Made by a program: the position numbers and the translations under genes | Shown: positions 1-10,115 of the stretch, piece after piece | Layout: every line of letters begins with the position of its first letter | Numbering within the stretch: the first letter of the stretch is position 1 | The notes under the pieces: generated by a model | The model's input: the letters and a program-made list of their open reading frames with translations, nothing else | Database searches by the model: none | What the model was told of the DNA's origin: nothing | Source: an uncultured Candidatus Saccharibacteria bacterium | GTDB taxonomy: Bacteria > Patescibacteriota > Minisyncoccia > Phycocordibacterales > WO2-35-19 | DNA: 64,000 bases | Assembly (NCBI GenBank): GCA_964548205.1 | Contig: CAZJPJ010000005.1 | Span: 1,021-65,020, forward strand | Direction of reading: 5' to 3'

Positions 1-1008
1 AAGGGTTTGGCTGTTCGCCAATTAAAAAGTTACGCGAGCTGGGTTCAGACCGTTAAGGATTGTTGTGTCAAAAATATTTCTCGAAATGCACGGATATTTT
101 TCTGCTGAAAAATTCCTCGTGCTCGCTCCGTCGAGCCTCGCAAGGCATTTCTTAAAATATTTTTTGACTCACAAACAATTTTTAGCAGTCTGAATCCCAT
201 CGAACATTGTTATAAGTTTTTTCGTTTAGAAAATATTAGAGTCTCAAGACTTTAATAAGATAAAAGATAAAGAAATCAATCAAATCACGGCGGTCTAGTT
301 CCAATTTTTATAAAATATAAAATTAGGACTGGGTGAAACTGACTAATATCGGTGAATTTCAATCAGCTTTTAGCTACTAGCTTCTAGCTTTTAGTGAAAG
401 AAGGAGAAGAATACCGAGGGAAGTTTGTGAATTGAATAATCAACACAAGTAAAGAGTGTACCTACAAAGTGAGTAAAGGTGTCCCAGCCCTATAGGTTTG
501 GATCAGATATCCGAAAGCTATTTTGAGAGAGATCTCTCATAAGGTATGTAACTCGTTAAGTCTAGTTGCTTGTGTTGACTAGGGGGGTGTGTACTAGTCA
601 TGCTCCCCGACAATTATTCAATTCATAAATACCCGTAGAGACTAAACGTCAGTCCGGCAGAAATGCCGAGAAGCTATAGTCCATTGCCACAAGTAATTGT
701 GGGTATCAAGCGTGAGACAGGTTGGTCTCCTATCTACTGCAGGCGTTGATTCTTGAAGGGATTTGCCCCTAGTACGAGAGGACCGGGGTGAACTGACCTC
801 TGGTGTACCTGCTGTTCTGCCAAGAGCACCGCAGGGTAGCTAAGTCGGGGCGGAGTTACCGCATGATAACCTCTGAAAGCATCTAAGAGGGAAGCTAGCC
901 TTAAGATTAGGAATCGTTGAGACTCGTAGGAGATGACTACGTTGATAGGCGTTAGGTGTAAGCACAGTAATGTGTTGAGCCGAGACGTACTAATGTTTCG
1001 ATTTTACT
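1..1008 (+). rRNA. rrl: 23S rRNA, 3' portion (truncated by window start), interrupted by a group I intron at 54-710
   Basis: Conserved LSU sequence ggctgttcgccaattaaa...gcgagctgggttcagaccgt (PTC region, E. coli ~2560-2593) stops at 53 and resumes at 711 with cgtgagacaggttggtctcctatc. Sarcin-ricin loop agtacgagaggaccgg at 771-786. 3'-terminal ...gtactaatg near 988-996. Exact 3' end approximate. Confidence 0.9.
54..710 (+). ncRNA. Group I self-splicing intron inserted in 23S rRNA after the U2593 equivalent (no ORF / no homing endonuclease gene)
   Basis: Exon 1 ends in U (..gaccgu) and the insert ends in G (..gggtatcaaG), as required for group I splicing. Catalytic-core signature cgtagagactaaacgtcagtccggcagaaatgccgagaagctatagtcc (622-681) closely parallels the Tetrahymena P7/P3 core (cagacuaaaugucggucgg...auauagucggac). 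No ORF >60 aa inside. Confidence 0.8.
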
Positions 1009-1114
1009 TCTACTATTTTAGTAGGGTTGGAAATTTAAAAATCTACAAACAATCTTGTCACGTGATACAGTTTCATCTGTGTCTTTATACCTTTAAACAT
1101 AATTTGAATTTTAG

Positions 1115-1227
1115 AAGTTGGTGATTCGTCGCAGAGGTCACACCCGATCTCATTCCGAACTCGGAAGTTAAGCTCTGTTGAGGCGATGGTACTGTGCAAA
1201 CGGGAGAGTAGCTAGTCGCCAACTTCT
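1115..1227 (+). rRNA. rrf: 5S rRNA
   Basis: Helix I pairing gaagttggtg...cgccaacttc. Conserved internal ...cacccgatctcattccgaactcggaagttaagc... and ...gggagagtagc... typical of bacterial 5S. Lies ~110 nt downstream of the 23S end. Confidence 0.85.
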
Positions 1228-1251
1228 AGGATTTAATCTAATAGTAAATGA

Positions 1252-2643
1252 TTGTATAATGCTTGTATGAACGATTGGGCAAGCAGGCGCAAGAATATAT
1301 ATTTAGGGAGTGTGGTAGTACTTTTTACTGCTGCTTCTTTTTTTATGTTTTATAAGTTTTGGTACCAAGCTCCGACTTGTAACGACAATCTAAAAAATGG
1401 TGATGAAACTGGTATAGATTGCGGAGGTTCTTGTTCGTTGATTTGTAGCTCAGAGGCGATTTCACCTATAGTGCGATGGGACCCCAGACTATTTGAGGTT
1501 CTAAGTGGTGTATGGAGCGCTGTGGTATATGTAGAAAACCCAAACTTGAATGCTGATGCTGTCGTAAACTACAAATTTTCTATCTATGGTCAAAATAATG
1601 AACTGATTTCAGAAAGAAGTGGTTTGACTCTTCTTCCCAAAAATAAAACAGTGGGTGTTTTTGAAGGCTCAATACAGCTTGGCAACAAGAGGCCTGCCAG
1701 AGCTATTTTTGAAATAGATAAAAAAATAATATGGCGTAAAGACGTAAAGGGAGATTCTGTAACAATTACACACAGTCCTATATTGCGCGCAGAAAAATCT
1801 CCTAGAGTAGAGGCAGAGGTGGCGAATAACAACGTTGATGATATCGAGAATATAGAGCTAGTGGCGGTTGTGTTTGATACCAAAGACAACGCAATAGCTG
1901 CCTCGCGTACTTTTATAGAAAAGATAAGAAAGAATGAGAAGAAAGAAGTATTTTTTACTTGGCCCACACCATTTGATCTTGGTTCTAGAGTCTGTCAAAA
2001 ACCTTCAAATATAATACTTGCTATAGACAGATCTGGTTCTATGGCAGCGATATCAAAAAACCCTCCTGAGCCGCTCACTTCTGTGAAAGAGGCAGCTAGT
2101 TTGTTTGTAGAAAGTTTGTATGGGGAAGATAAGGTTGGGGTATTATCGTTTGCCACAAGTGCGTCAAGTCCTATCGATAGCGGTCTAAGTAGTGATATAG
2201 ACAATACTATTGCAGCCATTGATTCAATACAGATACTAGAGAATGGAACTCAGTTTACTAATATATATGACGCTCTAAGGGGGGCTAGACAGGAACTTTT
2301 GTCTGCAGATAATTCAAACAAAGTGTTGATACTTTTGACTGATGGAGACCCAACTTACCCTAGGGATCCGGAAGGTAAAACTGAGGATGACGATAAATTG
2401 TATGCTCGAAAATCTGCACTTCTAGAAGCTCAGAAGGCTAGGCAAGATGGCATAAACATTTTTACTATAGGCTTGGGAGAAGAGGTAAATGAAGATTTTC
2501 TAAAACAATTAACTTTTTCCCAATCAAATTATTTCAAAGCTCCTACAGCTAATGACCTTAAGTCTATTTATAGCAGTATATCTACTGCTATCTGTAAAGA
2601 AACACCGGCTTATATAGAAATTACCTATAAGATACTAAACTAA
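1252..2643 (+). CDS. Membrane-anchored von Willebrand factor type A (vWA) domain protein with Cys-rich N-terminal segment
   Basis: N-terminal TM helix (LGSVVVLFTAASFFMFYKFW). MIDAS motif LAIDRSGSM (DxSxS), downstream T and D (LTDGDPT) of a vWA fold. CGGSCSLIC Cys cluster. Start may be the internal ATG at 1267. Confidence 0.65.
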   Translation: MYNACMNDWASRRKNIYLGSVVVLFTAASFFMFYKFWYQAPTCNDNLKNGDETGIDCGGSCSLICSSEAISPIVRWDPRLFEVLSGVWSAVVYVENPNLNADAVVNYKFSIYGQNNELISERSGLTLLPKNKTVGVFEGSIQLGNKRPARAIFEIDKKIIWRKDVKGDSVTITHSPILRAEKSPRVEAEVANNNVDDIENIELVAVVFDTKDNAIAASRTFIEKIRKNEKKEVFFTWPTPFDLGSRVCQKPSNIILAIDRSGSMAAISKNPPEPLTSVKEAASLFVESLYGEDKVGVLSFATSASSPIDSGLSSDIDNTIAAIDSIQILENGTQFTNIYDALRGARQELLSADNSNKVLILLTDGDPTYPRDPEGKTEDDDKLYARKSALLEAQKARQDGINIFTIGLGEEVNEDFLKQLTFSQSNYFKAPTANDLKSIYSSISTAICKETPAYIEITYKILN

Positions 2644-3773
2644 TGCATACTTTTATAAAAAAAGTATTGCAAACAGATTGGTTGATACTTGCTCCTGTTA
2701 TGATCTTGTCTTTGTTTGGCTTGTTTACCATGAAGTCTTTTATTGGTCAGTCCGAATTTTTCTCGAGACAAATAATATGGATACTGATCGCTTCTACTAC
2801 TTTTCTTGTTGCTTCAAATATAGATTGGAGGTTTCTGAGGCGTACTTCTGTTGCGGTAGTATTATATTCGATAGTACTACTCTTGTTAGCTGTCTTGTTT
2901 TTTATTGGGTCGGTTTTCAAGGGAGCTCAGAGTTGGTTTGATATTGGTTTGTTTGCCTTTCAGCCAGTAGATATCGCTAAGATAGTGCTTATAATTGTCC
3001 TCTCAAAATACTTTTCACGTCGCCATATAGAAATCGCTAATGTAAGACATATACTTGTCTCTGGATTATATGCATTTTTGATATTCATACTCATTGTCAT
3101 GCAACCTGATTTTGGGTCATCGATAATCATATTGAGTATTTGGCTCGGTATGATAATGGTGTCTGGAGTATCAAAAAAACACTTATTAGTGGTAGCTGGT
3201 ATAGGTATCCTATCTATTTTCACATTGTGGTTCTTTGTATTTGCTGACTATCAGAAGACCAGAATAATATCGTTTTTGAATCCACTAGAAGACCTGCAAG
3301 GCGCTGGTTACAATGCCTACCAGTCCACTATAGCAGTTGGTTCCGGTCAGATTTTTGGTAAGGGTTTTGGTTTAGGCAGTCAATCCAAATTAGAATTTTT
3401 ACCAGAGCACGAAACAGACTTTATTTTTGCCGCTTTTGCAGAGGAGTGGGGGATTGTAGGTGCGGGGATGATTTTTTCTCTATTTTCAATCCTATTTTAT
3501 AGGATTATGAATATTGCTCGTTCGGGTATATCTAACTTTGAAACCTTGTTTGCGTTCGGGGTATTTTTTGTGCTGCTGTCCCATTTTGTTATACATGTAG
3601 GAATGAATCTGGCTCTTTTACCAGTTACGGGTATTACTATGCCGTTTATGAGCTACGGGGGCTCACATTTGGTTGCAGAGTACTTGTCGCTTGGAATGAT
3701 AGTCGGTATGAATAATTATTCGAGTCAAGGCAAGAGGGAATCAAACCAAAACGAAATGTTAGGAGCTATATAG
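2643..3773 (+). CDS. SEDS-family peptidoglycan polymerase (FtsW/RodA)
   Basis: 10-TM profile. Conserved FtsW/RodA block NPLEDLQGAGYNAYQSTIAVGSGQIFGKGFGLGSQSK...PEHETDFIFAAFAEEWG. Confidence 0.8.
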   Translation: MHTFIKKVLQTDWLILAPVMILSLFGLFTMKSFIGQSEFFSRQIIWILIASTTFLVASNIDWRFLRRTSVAVVLYSIVLLLLAVLFFIGSVFKGAQSWFDIGLFAFQPVDIAKIVLIIVLSKYFSRRHIEIANVRHILVSGLYAFLIFILIVMQPDFGSSIIILSIWLGMIMVSGVSKKHLLVVAGIGILSIFTLWFFVFADYQKTRIISFLNPLEDLQGAGYNAYQSTIAVGSGQIFGKGFGLGSQSKLEFLPEHETDFIFAAFAEEWGIVGAGMIFSLFSILFYRIMNIARSGISNFETLFAFGVFFVLLSHFVIHVGMNLALLPVTGITMPFMSYGGSHLVAEYLSLGMIVGMNNYSSQGKRESNQNEMLGAI

Positions 3774-4913
3774 AGTTATCGTTTTTCCAAACATTTCTTC
3801 AAAAGAAAAATTATTTTCTATCTTCTCTTTTATTTTTTTTCCAAATTCTTTAGCCTCTTTAGGATGCTCAAACATGTAGGTTATTGCTTCTGCAATTTCG
3901 CGTGGATTGTTTTTGTGGACTAAAATTCCATCTACTGTATCATAAATAATCTCAGGGATACCACCTACGCTTGTCGATACTATCGGTACGCCACATATAC
4001 CTGCTTCAAGTATTGCGAAAGGCAGATTTTCATTTTTTGAAGGAAACAGGAATAGATCAGCGTTACCAAGTAGTTTTTTTGCATTATCAACAAAGCCTAG
4101 TAATACTACGTTTTTTTCAAGACCTAGATTCTTAATTTGAGTTTCTAGGGCGTGTCTTTCTTCTCCTTCACCTGCTATGTAATAAACCATCTTGTCTCTG
4201 ATTTCCACAGGTAGCCTACCTAATCCTTGAATAGCTATATCCAAACTTTTGTTTTTGTGTAGCTCAGCAGTTGTAAAGATAACCAGAGCTTTATCCTTGC
4301 GGGGAATTATCATGTCGGCTTGATCTTTGCTAAGCGTTTGAAAAGGGACTATACCGTTATGTATGACCTTTATTTTACCCTGAATGAAGGGGAGCCAAGA
4401 GATATCTTTTGCTGTTTTGATAGAGACCGCTATTGTTGTATGAGATAGTAAGACAGTGAGCCAATGAAAAAATAAGATGATGGTCTTTGCCACGAAACTC
4501 CTGTCTTCATTAAAAGCCCATCCATGTGATGTAAAAATTATTTTTTTTATCCCAATAATTCTTCCAGCGAGTGTCCCAAGGCCTCCAGCCTTTGAGCTAT
4601 TTAGGTGCAATATGTCTGGCTTTTGATCTTTTATTATTCGCCAAAGTTCAAAAAAATTTACAATATCTTTCGAAGGATTGATGTCTCTTTGAGAAGATAA
4701 TATTTTTATAACCTGTATGTTTTTATTTTGGAGCTCTTCTCTTAGTTTATCTCCTTCTCCGCAAGCCACAATGACTTCAAATTTTTCTTTGGGTAGGTTT
4801 GTGGCTAGGTCGTAGACATACTTTTGAGCCCCTCCAAAATTACCTTTGGTTATTACAAATAATATTTTTTTCTTCATACTCATTTGCGCTGCATCAATAA
4901 TCGATTCTCTCAC
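3759..4913 (-). CDS. Glycosyltransferase, GT4 family (GT-B, retaining)
   Basis: C-terminal GT4 signature ...NENLPFAILEAGICGVPIVSTSVGGIPEII. N-terminal MKKKILFVITKGNFGGAQKY. Confidence 0.7.
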   Translation of the reverse strand: MRESIIDAAQMSMKKKILFVITKGNFGGAQKYVYDLATNLPKEKFEVIVACGEGDKLREELQNKNIQVIKILSSQRDINPSKDIVNFFELWRIIKDQKPDILHLNSSKAGGLGTLAGRIIGIKKIIFTSHGWAFNEDRSFVAKTIILFFHWLTVLLSHTTIAVSIKTAKDISWLPFIQGKIKVIHNGIVPFQTLSKDQADMIIPRKDKALVIFTTAELHKNKSLDIAIQGLGRLPVEIRDKMVYYIAGEGEERHALETQIKNLGLEKNVVLLGFVDNAKKLLGNADLFLFPSKNENLPFAILEAGICGVPIVSTSVGGIPEIIYDTVDGILVHKNNPREIAEAITYMFEHPKEAKEFGKKIKEKIENNFSFEEMFGKTITLYSS

Positions 4914-5003
4914 AGTAAGGGGGGTACTTCAAGTCGAAATAACATACAGCCAAATAATATTGCAATTTGGTAATTTTTTAATTATAAGGTATAATAATAA
5001 ATC

Positions 5004-6332
5004 ATGACAATTTCCAGAAAAAGGGAAGCCGCCATACTTTTTATTGCTGACTTCCTTATTCTTTATGCGTCACTTTGGCTTACATTACTTGTGAGGTATT
5101 GGGGGATACCTAGTGAGCATATCTGGAACATCCACTTTTCTCCGTTTACTATCATTATTTCGGTATGGATACTGGTTTATTTTATATCAGGATTATATGA
5201 GAAACACACTCTTATTCTAAAAAGCAGGCTACCTTCTACTGTATTTAATGCGCAGCTTGTAAATAGTTTTATTGCCGTACTATTTTTTTACTTCATCCCT
5301 TATTTTGGTATTGCTCCTAAGACAAATCTCTTCATATATCTATTGATCTCATTAATATTGGTGATTTTGTGGAGAGTCTATGGAGATAAATTTGTAAGCC
5401 CGTCAGTCAAGCAAAAGGGTATCATCGTTGGAAGTGGGGAGGAGATGAAAGACTTACTTTTAGAAGTGAACGGGAATTCAAGATACGGTTTAGAATTTGT
5501 TTCCTCCATTGATCTAGAAAAAATTGAAGGATTAGACTTCCAAAATGAAATCTTAAATCGGGTTTATTCAGAAGAAATCCAAACAATAGCCATTGATTTA
5601 AAAAATGAAAAAGTAGAACCTATTCTGCCTCACTTGTACAATCTTATTTTTTCGAAAGTAAAATTTATCGATATGTATAAAGTTTATGAAGATATTTTCG
5701 ATAGAGTACCGCTTTCTTTGGTTAGGTATAATTGGTTTTTAGAAAATATTTCTACTGAGAGCGTGACTGTCTATGATGTACCAAAACGCCTAATGGATAT
5801 AACCATTTCATTGCTCATAGGCCTGCCCTCACTACTAATATATCCTCTTGTTTATATTCTTATAAAGTTAGACGACAGAGGAGAAGTTTTTTTTGAACAA
5901 GAAAGAGTGGGCCAAAACAATAAAATAATAAAATTAAAAAAATTCAGGACTATATCACACAACGGGGATCAGGAAATGATAACAAATGTTGGAAAGTTTT
6001 TTAGAAAGATGCGGATAGACGAATTGCCTCAGTTGTGGAATGTTTTGAAAGGGGACATGTCTCTCATAGGTCCTAGGCCAGAAATTCCAAAACTAGTGAA
6101 GCATTATGAAGAAGAGATCCCGTATTACAACATTAGGCATCTGATAAAACCAGGCCTTTCTGGTTGGGCACAGTTGTACCATATAGATCCACCAAAAGTG
6201 GTAGCTGATGCTGATAAGACTCGTATTAAATTGTCATATGATTTTTATTATATTAAGAATAGATCCCTGATGCTTGATCTAAAAATTGCTCTAAAGACCA
6301 TTAAAGCTTTGATGTCTAGGAGTGGTGTTTAG
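5004..6332 (+). CDS. Polyprenyl-phosphate hexose-1-phosphate transferase (WbaP/bacterial sugar transferase family), initiating enzyme
   Basis: 4-5 N-terminal TM helices. C-terminal Bac_transf-type block RPLSLVRYNWF...KRLMDITISLLIGLPSLLIYP...DELPQLWNVLKGDMSLIGPRPE. Confidence 0.8.
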   Translation: MTISRKREAAILFIADFLILYASLWLTLLVRYWGIPSEHIWNIHFSPFTIIISVWILVYFISGLYEKHTLILKSRLPSTVFNAQLVNSFIAVLFFYFIPYFGIAPKTNLFIYLLISLILVILWRVYGDKFVSPSVKQKGIIVGSGEEMKDLLLEVNGNSRYGLEFVSSIDLEKIEGLDFQNEILNRVYSEEIQTIAIDLKNEKVEPILPHLYNLIFSKVKFIDMYKVYEDIFDRVPLSLVRYNWFLENISTESVTVYDVPKRLMDITISLLIGLPSLLIYPLVYILIKLDDRGEVFFEQERVGQNNKIIKLKKFRTISHNGDQEMITNVGKFFRKMRIDELPQLWNVLKGDMSLIGPRPEIPKLVKHYEEEIPYYNIRHLIKPGLSGWAQLYHIDPPKVVADADKTRIKLSYDFYYIKNRSLMLDLKIALKTIKALMSRSGV

Positions 6333-6372
6333 GTGCTGGTAAAAAGATTTGGCTATGGTAGTATAGCCTTGA

Positions 6373-7638
6373 ATGGCAAAGTACAAATTTTGGACAATTA
6401 TCATTTTTGCTGCTGCTATTTGGGCTGCTTTTTTTGTGTTTAATTCTGAGAAAAGTGCAGAATCTGATTATAAATTCAAGTTAGGGCTAGATCTTTCTGG
6501 TGGGACGCATTTGGTTTACAAAGCAGACACTTCTGAGTTGGGTTCTAATGATGTTGACGGTGCAATGAATGCCCTTCGTGATGTAATAGAACGCAGGGTA
6601 AACTTGTTCGGTGTTTCTGAACCCATAGTGCAGGTAGAACAAGGTGGGGTATTTGGTGACGAGAGCGAACAAAGGCTTATCGTCGAATTGCCCGGAGTTA
6701 CGAATGTAGAGGATGCTGTAAAACAAATTGGGGAGACTCCTATTCTGGATTTTCAAATTCTTGATCCAGAAACTAATGAGTTTTACATTACTGGTTTGAC
6801 TGGCCGTCAACTAGAGAAGGCAGTACTACAGTTTGATCAAAATTTTCAAAATAAACCTATTATAGGACTTTCTTTTAATGATGAGGGAGCAGTTTTATTT
6901 TCTGAGATAACCAAGAATAACATAGGAAAAGTTTTAGGTGTTTTTCTTGATGGCGAACTAATAGAAGCACCATACATAAGGGAGGAAATTACGGGAGGTC
7001 AAGCGGTTATAACAGGTGACTTTTCTATTGATGAAGCAAAGGCTGTAGTAAGGAATTTGAATTACGGAGCATTGCCTATGCCAATAAACCTAATAAGTAC
7101 CGAGACTATCGGGGCCACTCTCGGGAGTGAGGCTTTAAATAATGGTGTAAACGCTGCAGTTATAGGTATGATCCTTGTGGCTTGTTTTATGGTGCTTTAC
7201 TATCGATTGCCGGGTCTGGTTTCTGTTATTGCTCTGGGTGTATATACTCTTATGATGCTTGTTTTGTTCAAGGTTGTTCCGGTGACAATAACGGCTGCAG
7301 GTATAGCAGGTTTAATCATATCAGTAGGTATGGCTATAGATGCAAATATCATCATCTTTGAAAGAATGAGGGAGGAGTTCTCTGAAAGAGAGAATCAAGA
7401 AGAAGCTATCAGAAAAGCTTTCGAACATGCTTGGTCAGCGATAAGAGATGGTAACTTAACTACAATTCTCGGAGCAATCGTACTGTTTTGGTTTGGAACA
7501 TCTGGTGTCGAGGGTTTCGCTTTGGTCCTTGGTCTTGGAACAATAGTTTCGATGATTTCGGCCATGATAGTATCAAAGACTTTTATGCTGTCTCTTCCGA
7601 AGATGCCAAAATTTCTAAGAAGTTCAGGATTTAAATAA
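6373..7638 (+). CDS. secD: Protein translocase subunit SecD
   Basis: N-terminal TM, then GLDLSGGTHLVY periplasmic domain. C-terminal 6-TM SSD-like region with ...AIDANIIIFERMREE. Confidence 0.85.
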   Translation: MAKYKFWTIIIFAAAIWAAFFVFNSEKSAESDYKFKLGLDLSGGTHLVYKADTSELGSNDVDGAMNALRDVIERRVNLFGVSEPIVQVEQGGVFGDESEQRLIVELPGVTNVEDAVKQIGETPILDFQILDPETNEFYITGLTGRQLEKAVLQFDQNFQNKPIIGLSFNDEGAVLFSEITKNNIGKVLGVFLDGELIEAPYIREEITGGQAVITGDFSIDEAKAVVRNLNYGALPMPINLISTETIGATLGSEALNNGVNAAVIGMILVACFMVLYYRLPGLVSVIALGVYTLMMLVLFKVVPVTITAAGIAGLIISVGMAIDANIIIFERMREEFSERENQEEAIRKAFEHAWSAIRDGNLTTILGAIVLFWFGTSGVEGFALVLGLGTIVSMISAMIVSKTFMLSLPKMPKFLRSSGFK

Positions 7639-7639
7639 T

Positions 7640-8539
7640 ATGTTTGCTGTCAAAAATAGAAAAATATTTTTTACACTATCACTTGTCATGGTGCTAATTT
7701 CCTATGTACTGATGATTGTCTGGGGTTTCAATGTCGGTACTGATTTTAAAGGGGGTTTTATAGCTGAAATCAGGTATGTGTCCTTGCCTCAAAAATCTCT
7801 GGTAGAAGAATCTGTATCTAGTCTTGGTCTGGGCAATGCTTCGATTCGAGCTGCGGGTAGCAATGGTTATATTATAAGGATGGCTGATTTGACGATAGAA
7901 CAGCAAGAGAATTTAAAGCAAAAGCTTTTAACTAGTACTGGAGATTTTGAAATAGAAAGGTTTAATTCTGTCGGGCCTACAATAGGTAAAGAGCTTCAAG
8001 AAAAAGCTATCATTGCAATCGCCGGTATAATAATAATCACAGTTGTTTTTATAGCGTATTCATTTAGACAAATATCTAAACCGATCTCCTCCTGGAAGTA
8101 CGGTTTAGTTTCGATAGTTGCTCTTGTTCATGACATATCCATTCCTGCTGGAGCGGCTGTCATATTGGGGAGGTTTTATGGTATGGAAATAGATGCCCTG
8201 TTTATCACTGCTCTCTTGTCACTCCTTGGCTATTCTATAAATGACACAATAATTATCTTTGATCGTATTAGGACCAACCTAAATAAGAATAAAGATTCTA
8301 ATCTTAAAGAATCTTTTGATTATACTATTGGCAAAAGTCTATCAGAGACATATGGTAGGTCCATAAACACATCTCTTACCGTGTTTCTGGTGTTAGTCTC
8401 ATTGTATTTCTTTGGTGCAGCTTCAATCAAGTTCTTTATACTAACACTAATCGTAGGAACAATAGCTGGAGCATATTCTTCCATATACATAGCAGCACCT
8501 CTACTTGTGTCTATAAATAAGCAAAAGCAGGGTTCTTAA
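7640..8539 (+). CDS. secF: Protein translocase subunit SecF
   Basis: DFKGGF motif, 6 TM helices, IIIFDRIRTN block. Immediately follows secD. Confidence 0.85.
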   Translation: MFAVKNRKIFFTLSLVMVLISYVLMIVWGFNVGTDFKGGFIAEIRYVSLPQKSLVEESVSSLGLGNASIRAAGSNGYIIRMADLTIEQQENLKQKLLTSTGDFEIERFNSVGPTIGKELQEKAIIAIAGIIIITVVFIAYSFRQISKPISSWKYGLVSIVALVHDISIPAGAAVILGRFYGMEIDALFITALLSLLGYSINDTIIIFDRIRTNLNKNKDSNLKESFDYTIGKSLSETYGRSINTSLTVFLVLVSLYFFGAASIKFFILTLIVGTIAGAYSSIYIAAPLLVSINKQKQGS

Positions 8540-8573
8540 CAGCTCTAAATGCTGATGTGTTAATATACTTCTT

Positions 8574-8897
8574 ATGGATAGTAGAAGTAATTTTTATCTA
8601 ACATTTAGTGTTTGGCTGGTCATACTTCCTCTTCTTGGTATACCAAATATCTGGAAAACATATCTTACTTTGTTCTCAGGAATTTTTTTGATGCTGGTTG
8701 TTATAGGGCCCGCGGCTATGAATAATATAGTTATGCAGGAAAAAATGAAGGCAAAGAGAAAGCAGGTTCGGCCCAAGAAAAATATTGCTATTGAAAATAT
8801 AGATTTTGAAAGTGAAATGCTAGAAACAGAGCAAAAAGCAAAAAGTAAAACAAAATCATCAAACGTTGACACTAGAACTGACGATGAAAAGATATGA
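8574..8897 (+). CDS. Small membrane protein with Lys/Glu-rich C-terminal tail (hypothetical)
   Basis: Two predicted TM helices, then a charged tail. Co-directional with secDF. An antisense ORF of similar size exists, so strand choice rests on operon context. Confidence 0.35.
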   Translation: MDSRSNFYLTFSVWLVILPLLGIPNIWKTYLTLFSGIFLMLVVIGPAAMNNIVMQEKMKAKRKQVRPKKNIAIENIDFESEMLETEQKAKSKTKSSNVDTRTDDEKI

Positions 8898-10087
8898 GTT
8901 TGTTATCAAAAGGTAAATTTCAAGCAGTACTTTTCTTCATAGCTATAATAATTGTTGTTTATACATCTGTAATATATAGTGAGACAAAATACCAAACTAC
9001 TTCTACTGCTAGTCTGTATTTATCTGAAACAATTAGAGAAGAACTAGAAGTTGTTCATATGGAAACTCCTGAACCATTGAAGGCGGTGTATATGTCTCAA
9101 TGCGCAGCTTCTACAGATGAATTTCGATCACATTTATTAAGTCTGATAAAAGAGACAGAGTTGAATTCTATCATTATTGATATAAAAGATTATACTGGGA
9201 GCGTATCTTTTGTAACCGGAAATACTGTTATAGATGAGATAGGTGGAAAAGGTTGTAAGGTGCCTGATATGAAAGAATATGTCCGTTTTTTACATGAAAA
9301 CGAAATATACGTGATTGGGAGGCTGACTGTGTTCCAAGATCCAGCTTTTACAAATAAATATCCTGAATATGCAGTTAAAAGTAAGAAAACTGGGGGGGTG
9401 TGGAGAGATAGAAAAGGGCTCGCTTTTGTAGATGTCGGGGCGCGACCATTTTGGGAATATGTATTCAACATAGCAAAAGCGGCTCACGAGATAGGTTTTG
9501 ACGAAATAAATTTTGATTATATTAGGTTCCCATCGGATGGAGATATGAAAGATACTTTTTTTAGCCATACGGGGACCACTACAAAGAAAGCAATGCTCAA
9601 GGAATTTTTTGCAGAATTAGACAAAGAAATGGGCGCTGCTGAAATAAAGACATCTGCAGATATATTTGGAATGACTACTACAAATAGAGATGATCTAAAT
9701 ATTGGTCAGATATTGGAATACGCTCTTATGCATTTTGATTATGTTGCTCCCATGGTCTATCCTTCTCATTACCCAAACGGTTTTAATGGTTGGGATGATC
9801 CGAATAAGGTGCCATATGATATTGTGAAATTTAGTATGAGCTCGGCTCTAAGAAGAAGTGATTTCCTGTATTTAGAGATAGCAAGTTCTTCTCCAAGTAG
9901 TCCCATGCTAAAACGTATCAAGCCAGAACAATTGAGAACGTGGATACAAGATTTTGATTATCCAGTTACATATACTTCTAGTATGGTGGAAGATCAGTTA
10001 AAGGCAGTCTATGATTCGGGTTTGACCTCATGGATGCTGTGGGACCCAAGCAATTATTATACAAGGGAATCACTACAATCAAACTAA
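8894..10087 (+). CDS. TIM-barrel glycoside-hydrolase-like protein (DUF4015/GHL-type), membrane anchored
   Basis: N-terminal TM. Block GFDEINFDYIRFPSDGD and ...VIGRLTVFQDPAF... resemble the putative glycosyl hydrolase domain families (recalled from memory). Needs HMM confirmation. Confidence 0.5.
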   Translation: MSLLSKGKFQAVLFFIAIIIVVYTSVIYSETKYQTTSTASLYLSETIREELEVVHMETPEPLKAVYMSQCAASTDEFRSHLLSLIKETELNSIIIDIKDYTGSVSFVTGNTVIDEIGGKGCKVPDMKEYVRFLHENEIYVIGRLTVFQDPAFTNKYPEYAVKSKKTGGVWRDRKGLAFVDVGARPFWEYVFNIAKAAHEIGFDEINFDYIRFPSDGDMKDTFFSHTGTTTKKAMLKEFFAELDKEMGAAEIKTSADIFGMTTTNRDDLNIGQILEYALMHFDYVAPMVYPSHYPNGFNGWDDPNKVPYDIVKFSMSSALRRSDFLYLEIASSSPSSPMLKRIKPEQLRTWIQDFDYPVTYTSSMVEDQLKAVYDSGLTSWMLWDPSNYYTRESLQSN

Positions 10088-10115
10088 AATAATCCGTGGT
10101 AGAATAATATTGTAA

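Noticed and set aside
933-1124. 63-aa ORF in the track
   Set aside because: Lies entirely within the 23S 3' end / 23S-5S spacer; rRNA, not coding.
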